DNA from: Chiloscyllium plagiosum
Taxonomy: Eukaryota
Reading direction: 5' to 3'
Assembly (NCBI RefSeq): GCF_004010195.1
Contig: NC_057719.1
Span: forward strand, 17,176,893 to 17,240,892
DNA length: 64,000 nucleotides
This document shows positions 1 through 12,094 of this stretch, piece after piece. The position numbers were made by a program, and so were the translations under genes. How positions within the stretch are numbered: position 1 is the first letter of the stretch; each line of letters begins with the position of its first letter. Below the pieces are notes generated by a model. That model was given only the letters and a program-made list of their open reading frames with translations, did no database searches and had not been told where the DNA came from.

Positions 1-1547
1 CTGAAGGTTGATAAGTCTCCGGGGCCTGATGGTCTGCATCCCAGGGTACTGAAGGAGGTGGTTCGAGAAATCATGGATGCGTTGGTGATTATTTTCCAGA
101 GTTCGATAGATTTGGGATCAGTTCCTGCGGATTGGAGGGTGGCTAATGTTGTACCATTTTTTAAGAAAGGTGGGAGAGAGAAAGCAGGAAATTATAGACC
201 AGTTAGTCTGACCTCAGTGGTGGGAAAGATGCTGGAGTCTATTATAAAGGATGAAATTACGACACATCTGGATAGTAGTAACAGGATAGGTCAGAGTCAG
301 CGTGGATTTATGAAGGGGAAATCATGCTTGACTAAGCTTCTGGAATTTTTTGAGGATGTAACTCTGAAGATGGATGAGGGAGATCCAGCAGATGTAGTGT
401 ACCTAGACGTTCAGAAAGCTTTTGATAAAGTCCCACAAAGGAGGTTAGTGAGCAAAATTAGGGCGCATGGTATTGGGGGCAAAGTACTAAATTGGATTGA
501 AAGTTGATTGGCTGATAGGAAACAAAGAGCAGTGATAAACAGCTCCATTTCGAAATGGCAGGCAGTGACCAGTGGGGTACCGCAGGGATCCGTGCTGGGA
601 CCGCAGCTTTTTACAATATATGTTAATGATATAGAAGACGGTATTAGTAATAACATTAGCAAATTTGCTGATGATACTAAGCTGGATGGCAGGGTGAAAT
701 GTGATGAGGATGTTAGGAGATTACAGGGTGACCTGGACAACTTAGGTGAGTGGTCAGATGCATGGCAGATGTAATTTAATGTGGATAAATGTATGATTAT
801 CCACTTTGGTGGCAAGAACAGTAAGGCAGATTACTACCTAAATGGAATCAACTTAGGTAAAGGGGCAGTACAGAGAGATCTGGGTGTTCAGTCAATGAAG
901 GTAAGCATGCAGGTACAGCAGGTAGTGAAGAAGAGGGATTGAGTATAGAAGCAAAGAGGTTCTTCTGCAGCTGTACAGGGCCCTGGTGAGACCACACCTG
1001 GAGTATTGTGTACAGTTCCGGTCTCCAAATTTGAGGAAAGACATTGAGGGAGTGCAGCGTAGGTTCACGAGGTCAATTCCTGGAATGGCGGGATTACCTT
1101 ACACTGAAAGACTGGAGCAACTGGGCTTGTATACCCTTGAGTTTCGAAGACTGAGAGCGGATCTGATTGAGACATATAAGATTATTAAAGGATTGGACAC
1201 TCTGGAGGCAGGAAACATGTTTCCGCTGATGGGTGAGTGCTGAACCACAGGACACAGTTTAAAAATACGGGGTAGACCATTTAGGACAGAGATGAGGAGA
1301 AACTTCTTCACCCAGAGAGTGGTGGCTGTGTGGAATGCTCTGCCCCAGAGGCCAGTGGAGGCCCAGTCTCTGGATTCATTTAAGAAAGAGTTGGATAGAG
1401 CTCTCAAAGATTGTGGAATCAAGAGTTATGGAGATAAGGCAGGAACAGGATACTGATTAAGGATGATCAGCCATGACCATATTGAATGGTGGTGCAGGCT
1501 CAAAGGGCAGAATGGCCTACTCCTGCATCTATTGTCTATTGTCTATT
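1..1547 (+). mobile_element. CR1-clade LINE, 3' part (RT domain and 3' UTR), runs off the window start, with stops and frameshifts
   Basis: ORFs 58-507, 508-774 and 986-1243 encode CR1 RT motifs (NYRPVSLTS, YLDxQKAFD, GVPQGSVLGP, FADD, RPHLEYC). Ends in the short tandem tail ctattgtctattgtctatt. Confidence 0.95.
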
Positions 1548-2189
1548 CACTCTTCAAACGTAACAGGGCCTCAGGATTTTTCAATGGTTCCTTTACTAAA
1601 ATTGTTATTTTCAGTTTGAAAATGAACATTGCTGTGTCACTGTTATGTCCTAAGCTCATAGTTAGAAAGAACAATGAATGCTGACAGTGCAACAGAAAGG
1701 GGAAAGACAGGGTTAGGTTTCAATGCAAATCTTTCAGCTGTTCTTCTCTTACTTCCATGATCTAAGCCTTCCTGACATTAGGGTTGGCTACTCGGATGCC
1801 ATGGGTATCACTTCACTTCAGAAGTAAGAAATCACTGGATTGGGATTCTTTTCAGATCCTGAACTTGCTCTGGGTTTGAGCTTTTGACCGGAACACCCAA
1901 TTAGTTGTCATGGAGACAGATTCCAAATTACCATCCTATAACTGCCCTTAATGTGACTTATAATGATTAGCTGGCCTGATGGACCTTGAACTGAACTCCC
2001 CTAACTTGGCCAGCAATGGAAATGGCTTATGAATCCAGTACCTGCCTTCCTGACCCAAACTGGGCCCAAAAACACTAGCAGGTATATGGCAGCAATTTTA
2101 ATCTAATCCACCCACCAGGAAACTAACAGATCTGATGCAATGTGAGTCAAAACAACAGAGATTAACAATGGGCAGGGTGTAAAATGCAA

Positions 2190-2926
2190 CGTGTGATATG
2201 AACTGTGTGACTTATATACATATTTTAAATTATTTATTTTAATTTTGGGTTAGTGGCATAAAGTTTTCTGTGTGTTTAAAGTTCTTGTAAGTATTCTGTG
2301 GCCATGGTGATTTCATTTAAAACAGTTTGTGGGAGCCACTTTGGCAGCACCAGTGATTTTGTTTATCTTAGGATGTTTTACAATTTATCAATATAAACCG
2401 TTATGCTTTAGGATCTATTAGAGATTTCTTGACTTCAGGTTCTTTTTAAATTTAACTTTGATTTGGGTAGTTTGGTAAATTCCTTGGCTGGTGATAGTTA
2501 TAAAGACCAGTGTTCCGTTAAAGAAAGGCATATAGTAAAAGGAGTAAGAATAAAGTGGTAGTGATAGTCCCAAACCAGAAATATTGGGATAAAATCCTCT
2601 CGCGGTTACTTGAAGTTGAGTATATTTAAGCACATGTGTATGATAACTTCAGGAAGAAGGAACCTTTTTGGCATTTGTAAAGGAGTGTTTTGGGGATTAA
2701 CAGGATTACACTTTTGTTGCGTGTTTAAAGATCTGAATTTGCATTATGAATAAATGTTATAGTTTATTCTATTATATTTTCATTTCTTTTAGTAAATAAA
2801 CTTTTAATTTATCGTTAATTCCAAATCATTCATGCCTATGTTTCAATGAGAGACCAAAACAGAATATGCCAGGTTTCTGGCTGAAATCTTACTTATCCAG
2901 TAGTAGCATCAACTGGGATCATAACA
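2190..2926 (+). mobile_element. Probable solo LTR (decayed)
   Basis: Ends ...gggatcataaca after AATAAA-like signals. The last ~110 bp resemble 38930-39055, which ends the same way. 5' boundary uncertain. Confidence 0.45.
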
Positions 2927-3819
2927 CCTAATCCAATGATTTTTCTGCAGTTTCTGATAGGTTAAAATAATTGATGGCGTGCCAATCACCTTCGATGTAG
3001 TATGGCATGGATTCCAGACCAGAGAGTTAGTGTACACTTAAGACGGTTACTCTCACATCATAAAATTTGACATTATTATAATGGTATCTGTCACAGTGCA
3101 ATGTGCAATAATATCCAAAAGCACAACATCTGTAAGCCTATGATATTGCAGCCTTGTAAATCATAAGTTGTAAATAAACTTCAAGACACCAGTCTCAACA
3201 GGAACATAATTCTCCTTGTGATATATATTATGTGGACTAACATATAGCAAACCACAAACCATTTCAATTTTTTTGCCCCAACTTCATTTCTTTTCTGCCT
3301 TTCTTTTCATCTTAAATTTTATAATTGCTTATTTTCTTCCTTCCCTGTTATCTTATTTTTACTCACTATTCTTTCTCTCACCTCGTGTCTTGGCTGTGAT
3401 TTGACTGAAGATGGCAGTCTGCATTGACTGCTATTGTTTTTCATTGAATTTTGAAGTTTAACAATGCTAAAGCCAGCGATGTTTCAAATGATAATGATAA
3501 GAAGGAGGGACATGCAGTTCTCGCAGTCACTATATTTCCGTTGAGCCACTGAACAGATTACCAATAAATATATCTTTCTTATAAAACACCGTGTCTATCA
3601 TTAAAAATAAATCCTGTCACAAGTGGGTAGGAGACTAACAGGAAAAATATCTTCCCAAATTTTGAGCATTGATTACTGAAAGATTTATAAAGATTACTTA
3701 TTATTTACAATGGTACTGTAAGTATGTTGCCCTGGAACAGCCTGTTACCTCCTTGGAAACTGCCTACAGGTAATAGAAAGTACCATACCTACCTGTAGGC
3801 ATGTAATATGGAAGGTTAA

Positions 3820-4050
3820 GGAGTGAATGAGGACTTTAAGATTGTGAATGAAATCCATAAAATAGACTAAGATTTTTTCTGCTGATTGGGGAAATCTAAT
3901 ACAAGGGGACTCAACCTTAAGGTGGGCTAGTCAGGAGAAAAATGAGGAAACACTGCTTCTTGCGAGGGATATCAGAAGCATGGAAATTTCACCCACAAGA
4001 AGCAGCTCAGCTGATAATTTGTAATTTTTTTTTGGACGTTATGTCAATAT
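3820..4050 (+). mobile_element. Old CR1 LINE 3' fragment
   Basis: Degenerate match to the ORF2 C-terminus/3' region seen at 1170-1400 (ggggaaatctaatacaagggg...atgaggaaacac...tggaaatt). Confidence 0.5.
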
Positions 4051-4116
4051 GGAAAAACTGACTGGCAGGACAGGCAAAACCTTTTCCGCCCACCCTTACC
4101 CACTCCCCACTCCACT

Positions 4117-4143
4117 CCCCCCCCCCCCCCCCCCCCCCCCCCC
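4117..4143. repeat. Poly-C homopolymer (27 nt)
   Basis: Seen directly. Confidence 0.95.
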
Positions 4144-4879
4144 ACAACCTTTTAGAATCCTCCCTCTGTCACAATTATGTGCTTTACTGAAGAGATGACA
4201 AATCTTAACGGAAGTAAAACTATTTGGCTTCTGCAGCCTGTTCTGCCAATTAATGAAGTCATGACTAATCTGGAACTCAGCTTCATTGACTCACTTTTGG
4301 CACATATTCCTTGATAAACCTTAACTGAAAGGAAATCTATTGATCTCAGGTATGATCCTTCTTTGAATGAGGGTATGTAAATAACAATTTAAAAGTGAAC
4401 GTTGGGCCAGAGAGCAGCAGGAGCAATTGTACACAGACTTGCAACGTAGTGTAATGGAGTTAACATTAGAAGCATTCATGGTGTGAGAATAACATCAGAG
4501 TCATATGACTGGGTAGAAGGAGGCAGAAGCTGTAATCGTGCGTACAGATCCAATACATTATCAGCTGTAAGTAAAGAGTTGTTGCTTAAAAGATCATGAA
4601 CTCATGCAGGATATTTTTTCAGAGAAGGAACTGTGTAAACAATAAAATATGGTGGCAGTGGAAAAAACAAAACATGGTGGCAGAGGAAAAGAAAAAGACA
4701 AGGGAAAGAAAAGAATAAAGTTACAAAACTAGCAATGAATGAGAACCTCGAGGTTAAGGCAAGATCGAGGGAGAGAGCAATCTCTGATCCATTCTGTACC
4801 ATTCAAAATCAAAAATGTTCTCTGCTAAGTAGAAAGGCATGCCTAAAGCTGGGACTGATCTTTAGCATTGGTGAGGTTG

Positions 4880-6910
4880 CTGATCCCAAATGCACAAGTG
4901 AAAACTGAAGTGAATTCCCTCAATTGTTCTCCGAATTCAGAAAATTAAAGACTAAGAATCTGCATAGCTTTAACTCAGTTTAACAAAGCAGAGGAACATG
5001 AAAGTCAGTCTGTGGCCTCAGTGGCTGAAAGCTTACTAAACTAGCTTAAGAGCACGCTTTCTATCATGCATTTTGGCCCCAGCCAAAAAAAGTCTGGAGA
5101 GCTAACTACATTCATCACATCTTTCAGGCACTATTGTTTTATCAGATTATTTCCAATAATTGCATTTGCTCCAGAATTCTTTCAGACAACACAATGCACC
5201 ACACTAAAAGGAGTCAATGGTTTGTATACCATGTAGATGACATATTGATATATGGATCCAGAAAATAGGAAAAGAATCAAAACAGTCCTAGGAATCCTAT
5301 AGGACGTAGGCCAAATACTTAATAAAATTGTGAGTTTGCCAAACCCAAGATTAAAATTCTTGGACAAATCATTAAAGTCACAAGAGTCAAAGTCGATCCA
5401 CTAGAGACAAAAGCCAAAAAGGAATTTCCATCACTTAGGAATGTCACAGCTCCTTGAAGAATCCTGCTATGATAAATCAAGTGGGCAGGTTTCTACTGAA
5501 CTTGGTAGGGGTCAATGACCCTTCAGATAATTTTTAAGGTAGAGTTAACAATGGTGCTGGAACCTGGACCAGCAGAGCACTTTCAAGAAGTTTGATCAAC
5601 ACCTAAACTCTTCAGAAATCCTAGAATACCACCTCTATAATCACCAACCATAGTAGTAGCAGATGCATCGACCATAGAGGAGAGGATTTGAATTTCAAAT
5701 TCAGAAAGATGGTAGATCAGTTTACTATGTCTTTATATCACTGTAAAGACAGAACAATGCTCTGTCATGGTGGAGAAAAAGTCGGCAGTAAAATGATCAG
5801 ATTAGTTCATAGAGATAGATTTCAAAATTGAAATGGATCATAAACCACGGCTCACTCTTCGGAACATGAAATACGTAGCTAAGATGCTTCCCAGAATCTC
5901 ACAGTTCAGTTTAGGATTTGTGAGGTATCATTCAATTACTAAATATGTAGAGGAAAATACGAAATAATAGCAAATACTTTCTCACAAATATCATAAAATG
6001 CAATTGAAAAGCTGGTAAAACATTTAGCAGCTACTTAACTGAATTTGCAAGAGATTATACAAGCCCAAGAACTGGATAAAGCATCTTTCAGATCTGGAAA
6101 TATTGTCTGGAAGAATGGCCAGACTTCATATACAACAGTCTGCTCTTATGCAGCTATTTTGAACAACTTGCTGTGAACTTATAAGTCTTCAATGAGAAAT
6201 TAGTCACACCGAAAGGCCTTGAATTGGGATTCTTCCAAAAATTTTACCAAGGATATTTAAGGATTTCAAACTGTCACACAAGGGCACACCAATCAGTCAG
6301 AAGGTGAGGTTTCACTCCCTGCATTTCTAACTGCATTATTTGTGCCATATAGAGTCAAGACAGAAAGGAATCGCTCCCACTTTCTTATTTCCATCAAGAC
6401 CATGTAACTACCCGGGAATGGATTTATTAGAATATTAAGGGAAAGATCTTCATTATAGTTCATGAGTGCTATTTAAAATGGATCGAAGTCAACTACTTGC
6501 ACAGCCTCACAGCAGAATGAGTCACCTAATCCTTCGAGAGAATTTATTCAGATCCTAGACATTGTAATGTCTGACAAAGGGCTGTAATTTGATGATGAGC
6601 AATCCCAATATTTTACTTGTGAATATGACTTCATGCAACTCACCAGTTTACCTCATTATTCTCAAGGAAATGGACAGGATGAGAGAGGTGTATGAACAAT
6701 GAAAGCTTTTCAGAAGAATAATGAAAAACGCAAGCTTGCTCTTTTGAGGTATTGATCCCTTATAAAGAAGTGGTTATCACTGTCAAAGTTGCACCAATGT
6801 CAAAGGTTGAAGATATGGATGTTTTTTCTGACACCCAAAACATCTTAACTTTGCAGAATATGACCACATGAGAGTAAAGCAGCTGGAGGAAGAATAGAGA
6901 GACAACTAGA
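4880..6910 (+). mobile_element. Decayed Gypsy/Ty3 LTR retrotransposon pol (RT-RNaseH-integrase)
   Basis: Frameshifted motifs in Gypsy order: LTTFIT..RYCF, APEFFQ (~5165), YHVDDILIYG (~5225), CEFAKPKIKILGQII, VVADAS (~5655), FKIEMDHKP (~5820), PSRP...GMDL (~6390), DIVMSD.G (~6560), PHYSQGNGQDERGV (~6650). Confidence 0.85.
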
Positions 6911-6983
6911 CTTGAAATTTCAACTTCTGGATTAGTGGTGCTGGAAGAGCACAGCAATTCAGGCAGCATCCAAGGAGCTTCAA

Positions 6984-7020
6984 AATCGACGTTTCGGGCA
7001 AAAGCCCTTCATCAGGAATA
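6984..7020 (-). ncRNA. Minimal type-I hammerhead ribozyme motif of the PLE terminus
   Basis: Minus strand reads ATTC-CTGATGA-A-GGGC-TTTT-GCCC-GAAAC-GTC-GATT: intact core, 4-bp stem II, self-complementary ACGT at helix III and a GUC triplet. Confidence 0.75.
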
Positions 7021-7086
7021 AAGGCAGTGAGCCTGGAGCATGGAGAGATAAGCTAGAGGAGGGTGGGGGTGGGGAGAAAGTAGCAT

Positions 7087-7993
7087 NNNNNNNNNNNNNN
7101 NNNNNNNNNNNNNNNNNNNNNNNNNNNNNNNNNNNNNNNNNNNNNNNNNNNNNNNNNNNNNNNNNNNNNNNNNNNNNNNNNNNNNNNNNNNNNNNNNNNN
7201 NNNNNNNNNNNNNNNNNNNNNNNNNNNNNNNNNNNNNNNNNNNNNNNNNNNNNNNNNNNNNNNNNNNNNNNNNNNNNNNNNNNNNNNNNNNNNNNNNNNN
7301 NNNNNNNNNNNNNNNNNNNNNNNNNNNNNNNNNNNNNNNNNNNNNNNNNNNNNNNNNNNNNNNNNNNNNNNNNNNNNNNNNNNNNNNNNNNNNNNNNNNN
7401 NNNNNNNNNNNNNNNNNNNNNNNNNNNNNNNNNNNNNNNNNNNNNNNNNNNNNNNNNNNNNNNNNNNNNNNNNNNNNNNNNNNNNNNNNNNNNNNNNNNN
7501 NNNNNNNNNNNNNNNNNNNNNNNNNNNNNNNNNNNNNNNNNNNNNNNNNNNNNNNNNNNNNNNNNNNNNNNNNNNNNNNNNNNNNNNNNNNNNNNNNNNN
7601 NNNNNNNNNNNNNNNNNNNNNNNNNNNNNNNNNNNNNNNNNNNNNNNNNNNNNNNNNNNNNNNNNNNNNNNNNNNNNNNNNNNNNNNNNNNNNNNNNNNN
7701 NNNNNNNNNNNNNNNNNNNNNNNNNNNNNNNNNNNNNNNNNNNNNNNNNNNNNNNNNNNNNNNNNNNNNNNNNNNNNNNNNNNNNNNNNNNNNNNNNNNN
7801 NNNNNNNNNNNNNNNNNNNNNNNNNNNNNNNNNNNNNNNNNNNNNNNNNNNNNNNNNNNNNNNNNNNNNNNNNNNNNNNNNNNNNNNNNNNNNNNNNNNN
7901 NNNNNNNNNNNNNNNNNNNNNNNNNNNNNNNNNNNNNNNNNNNNNNNNNNNNNNNNNNNNNNNNNNNNNNNNNNNNNNNNNNNNNNNNNNNNN
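7087..7993. other. Assembly gap (907 N)
   Basis: Run of N. Confidence 1.
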
Positions 7994-8405
7994 GGTGAAT
8001 TTAAGGTCAGGGTGGAATGTGTTTGTGAAATTGATGAATTGCTTATCCTCCTCGCGGGAGCACGAGGTGGCGCCAATGCAGTCATCAATGTAGCGAAGGA
8101 AGGGGTGGGGAGTGGTGCCGGTGTAATTATGGAAGATCAACTGCTCTACGTAGCCAACAAAGAGACAGGCATAGCTGGGGCCCATACGTGTGCCCATGGC
8201 TACCCCTTTGGTCTGGAGGAAGTGGGAGGATTCAAAAGAGAAATTGTTAAGGTTGAGGACCAGTTCGGCCAAACGAATGAGAGTGTCGGTGGAAGGGTAC
8301 TGTTGGGGATGCCTGGAGAGGAAAAAACGGAGGGCTTGGAGGCCCTGGTCATGGCGGATGGAGGTGTAGAGGGATTGGATATTTTTACCTCCTTGAAATT
8401 TCAAC

Positions 8406-8929
8406 AACAGGCACACAGCAAGAGGTCAGAGACCAACAGAAGGAAAATATAATCACTGAAGGAACACCAAAAACAAGATAATGTATGTTTGAGAAAGGCC
8501 ATACTATCACAGATAATGTCTTAATGCCCTAATACTGAGAACAAATAGAAGTGTGGACTTATTACTCAGAAGATGAAGGAGTTGAAGGTTGTACAAGTTC
8601 TCCAGCCATCCAGGAGAATAACATTTACACTGACAGATGGGAGAGCACAAACTATCCTTGACCTCAAAAGGAGAACCAGAACTGGATCAGGAAGCTTGGT
8701 CAATGCACTGTTGGGCCCAACCCTGTGCTGTCTGAGACTTTGGGGGGAGATTCATAGAATGTAGATATAAGGAGGTCAAAGACTTTGGGAGAGCTGTAGA
8801 GTAATGGGGTTACCATCATAAGTGTATATATATTCCTATGTCAGTGTTACATGAGTAGGTAGGGAGATTTGTAAGGAAGCAGAAGTTCCAATGCTGTGTG
8901 AAGACCCACGTATATCTTCAGCTGTTACA
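8406..8929 (+). mobile_element. Gypsy 3' end: post-integrase region, purine tract and possible short 3' LTR (~8795-8929)
   Basis: RTGSGSLV resembles the RTRSGR.V tail of Gypsy pol. Purine tracts ggggggaga and gggagag precede a TGTAGA...TTACA segment. Confidence 0.5.
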
Positions 8930-9300
8930 GAACAACCATAGACTTGAGTAACATGCAGTTAGTAAAACAAATGGTCCCAAAACCTGTCAACACAATTAAA
9001 TACTTGAGAGACAGTGGAATGGGCTACAAACATGATTGAAGCAGAATCAATGATAACCTTTGAGAATAACTGGAAAAGGTCATCAAAAAAAAAGTACAGA
9101 AACCAACAAGGAGAGACTTGTTCCTGTGCAGTAATTTCTGAGTAATCCTTGTGTCCAAGCTCCTTCGATGCTGCCTTATTTGCTGCTCCTTCACCTCACA
9201 ACCCTACTGCATTCACATGAAGATTCATCACATACATAGCAGCATCGGAACAGGAAGAGACCATTCAGCCCAATTGATTCCTAGACTGCCATTCAGTTAT

Positions 9301-9464
9301 GGGGTAAAAACAATGACTACAGATGGTGGAAACCAGATTCTGGATTAGTGGTGCTGGAAGAGCACAGCAGTTCAGGCAGCATCCAAGGGGCAGCGAAATC
9401 GATGTTTCAGGCAAAAGCCCTTCATCAGGAATACAGGCAGTGAGCCTGAAACGTGGAGAGATAA
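9301..9464 (-). mobile_element. Short PLE terminal fragment (family 1) with hammerhead core
   Basis: Near-identical to 6925-7050 plus an extra tail. Minus strand CTGATGAAGGGCTTTTGCCTGAAACATC. 13-bp TSD gccattcagttat at 9288-9300 and 9465-9477. Confidence 0.9.
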
Positions 9465-10610
9465 GCCATTCAGTTATACCATGGCTGATCTGTTTCATAA
9501 CTCCATCGACTTTATGGCCCATGCCCAGTAAAAATCACCATCTCTTATTTTAAGATATCCTTCCTCAGCATCTTCAAACTGTGGAACTCCTCAAGTTCTG
9601 CACCCAGCATTCTTGTCCTCCTACTGATTTCAGGCCATTAAATTGCTACTTGTTCTTAATTTACCCTGGATGATGGAGGTGTTGTGGGTGGTTGGAGGTG
9701 CTGCAAAGCATGCTGTAATGGATCAGGCACCTGTTGTACACCTGATATCCTTTCCCTTTACAGTCAGTGCTAACCTGGATGGGGCATGTGAGCCATGGCC
9801 TGTCCTTACCAGCACCCCTATTCATTTCAGCAAACTCACACCACTGTCTTAACAGACTGTGTGACAGCCTACACTGCTCCCATCGCCTTACTTTCTGGGG
9901 GAAGGCAAATCAACATGTACATCACAATATGCAATACTCTCTTGTAGTAAAATGTACAGTCCACCTCATCAATGCAACATGTTGTAGTCATGCATTACCC
10001 TAAAAGCATAGAAATGCTGCCTCAACTGCTGCGATTTTCCATTTTCCATTTTGAGTGAGGAGTTCTGCTTTTTGCTCAGTGGGAATGGAATATGGGGAGA
10101 TAAGTGAATGCAGAATCTAATCTGACGTTGCTCGTTTTAAACTATCGCTCAAAGTCAAAGCGATCCCCAGATCTAATTATCCCCACCCCTGCTTTTACTC
10201 GCAACTGTTCCCAGAGAGAATTTCTGGGTTGTGTCTTTTTAAAAAATTCTTTCCTGAGGCGTGGGGATTGCTGGTCAGGTCCGTATTCATTGCCCACCTC
10301 TAATTACCCAGAGTCAACCAAATGAGCAAGAGCCTAGATTCACAGATTAGAGCCAGATCAGTTCAGTTCGGCAGATTTCCTCAATACCTCAGGGTTCAGG
10401 AAGAAAAGTGCAAGCAAAACCTTTCCCTATTCATTAGTCTCATTCACTCACATTGGAAGAGATAGATGGCACGAACACTGGGTGAGAATAGGACTCAGCT
10501 GTGATGCCACACTGGTTGAATAGCCTCTGCTGACAGTCCCCACCTAAGGTGGGTGCTCAGGGAGGTTTTTTGGAACATGTGAAACTGCATCCTGTTGAGC
10601 AGTCAGCATC

Positions 10611-10927
10611 TGCACAGTGGGTCAGTGGTTAGCAGTGCTGCCTCACAACTCCAGGGAGCCAGGTTCGATTCCATGCTGGGCCAACTGTCTATGTGCAGTT
10701 TGCACATTCTCCCCAGTCTGCGTGGGTTTCCTCCAAAAGTGTGCAGGTTAGGTAAATTGTCCATGCTAAATTGCCCCATAGTGTCCTGGGATGTGCAGGC
10801 TAGGTGAATTAGCCATGGGAACTGCAGAGTTACAGGGATAGTTTAGGTCTGGATGGGGATGTTGTTCAGAAGGTCGGTGTGGACTCGATGGGCTGATTGG
10901 CCTGCTTTCATACTTGAGATTCTATGA
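10611..10927 (+). mobile_element. HE1-type tRNA-derived SINE
   Basis: A/B boxes (gggtcagtggttagc...ggttcgattcc), shared SINE body and LINE-like tail ending gattctatga. Confidence 0.85.
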
Positions 10928-11229
10928 AGATAAGACAAGAAGAGTACAGAAAGAGCAGCTTTTCAAACTCGCTTCAATAATAGGTTTCTGACTGACATGA
11001 AGTCTTGTCAAAGGCTCAGTGCTTTGTTGAACTGAGCAACTTTTATCTGTTTTTCATTAACAGGATTGCAGACAGAGAAAATTCAGGGCAAAGAATAGGA
11101 ATCTAGCATTATAAACTGACAGGTACTGGAATGTATGTAAGTGCTTTCGATGTACTACTAGAGGCTTGTATTCGTAAATGGATGAACATACTTTTTTTAT
11201 TATTAATTGGGTAGAGGATACTATAATAA

Positions 11230-11930
11230 ACTTGAGCTGCACTCAATAAACAGTCAATTAATGGGCTAATCTCAGCATCTCTTCCAATTATAATTGCTCC
11301 GATAGACAGAAGGGCCTTTTTTTCATAATGTCAAAATGTGCCCCAGTAGCATCTGGATTCTTGTATATACAATAAAGGTGTCCACTTCTCCTCACATGTC
11401 CTGCCTGCCCATTCCCATTCAGGGCTCTGCCTCTCTGTCTCGCATAACGCTGGGGGCATGAAAGGCCCTTTTTAAGGTAAATAATTGAAATAATTAGTGA
11501 GATCTTCCAAGATACACACGCTCCCCTTCAAGCCGAAGCTAAGGCCCTCTCCTTCTGTCAGAGTACAAATTATCCCCATATGTTGATGTCCATAGTTTTC
11601 AGCTATGATTTATTCATTATGCGTGGGATTGTGTGCCAAATGGCGGAGGCTGATTTTCTCGACAATAGAGCAGCCCCCATGAAGCAAATGCAGGAGCAAA
11701 GATTATCTCGATACTTAACCCTTTAAAGGTCAAGGTACAGGATTACACTGTTCAAATCCACACAGCTGTACCTCACGGAGAATGCTTTAACTCTGTCCTC
11801 CCGGACATGCCTTCAAGCAGATGCTGAACAAATTCTCAAAGTGGTTGTTCTTTTTAATATTTAAAGAAGTGCAGCTGACACGGTAATAATGAATTTGAAA
11901 GCAATTTTCCTTTGTTATCAGTTTTCTCCC
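11230..11930. promoter_or_regulatory. Candidate conserved non-coding element/enhancer
   Basis: Repeat-free unique block rich in TAAT/ATTA, ACAAT and AAGGTCA-like motifs, with retained CpGs. Inference only. Confidence 0.3.
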
Positions 11931-12094
11931 TCTTGTTTTCTGGATGAGGTTGGGTTGGGGGCAGGTGGGGGTTTGGGGAAGGGGAGGTGACTGCCAGCTC
12001 AAAAAGTCCCAGCAATCCTCCATCATCACATGCTGCTGGCTGTCGCTCACAAGGCCTGCTGGAAATTCAACTGTGCGCAGCACCGCAGGCAAGT

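Larger units (their letters stand above)
6925..8391 (-). mobile_element. Penelope-like retroelement (PLE), 5'-truncated, inserted in the Gypsy relic; centre in an assembly gap
   Basis: Minus ORF with PLE RT motifs IQSLYTSI, GVAMGTRMGPSYACLF and RYIDD. 3' terminal region 6925-7086 contains a hammerhead core. 14-bp TSD cttgaaatttcaac at 6911-6924 and 8392-8405. Confidence 0.9.

Noticed and set aside
4370-4500. 5' LTR and PBS of the Gypsy element (tggtgtgagaa at ~4479)
   Set aside because: The motif is PBS-like, but I see no similarity to the putative 3' LTR at 8795-8929 and no recognisable gag follows.
6980-8416. 478-aa and 358-aa ORFs
   Set aside because: Their length is an artefact of the N gap. 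Only the PLE RT portion (about 7994-8382) is meaningful.
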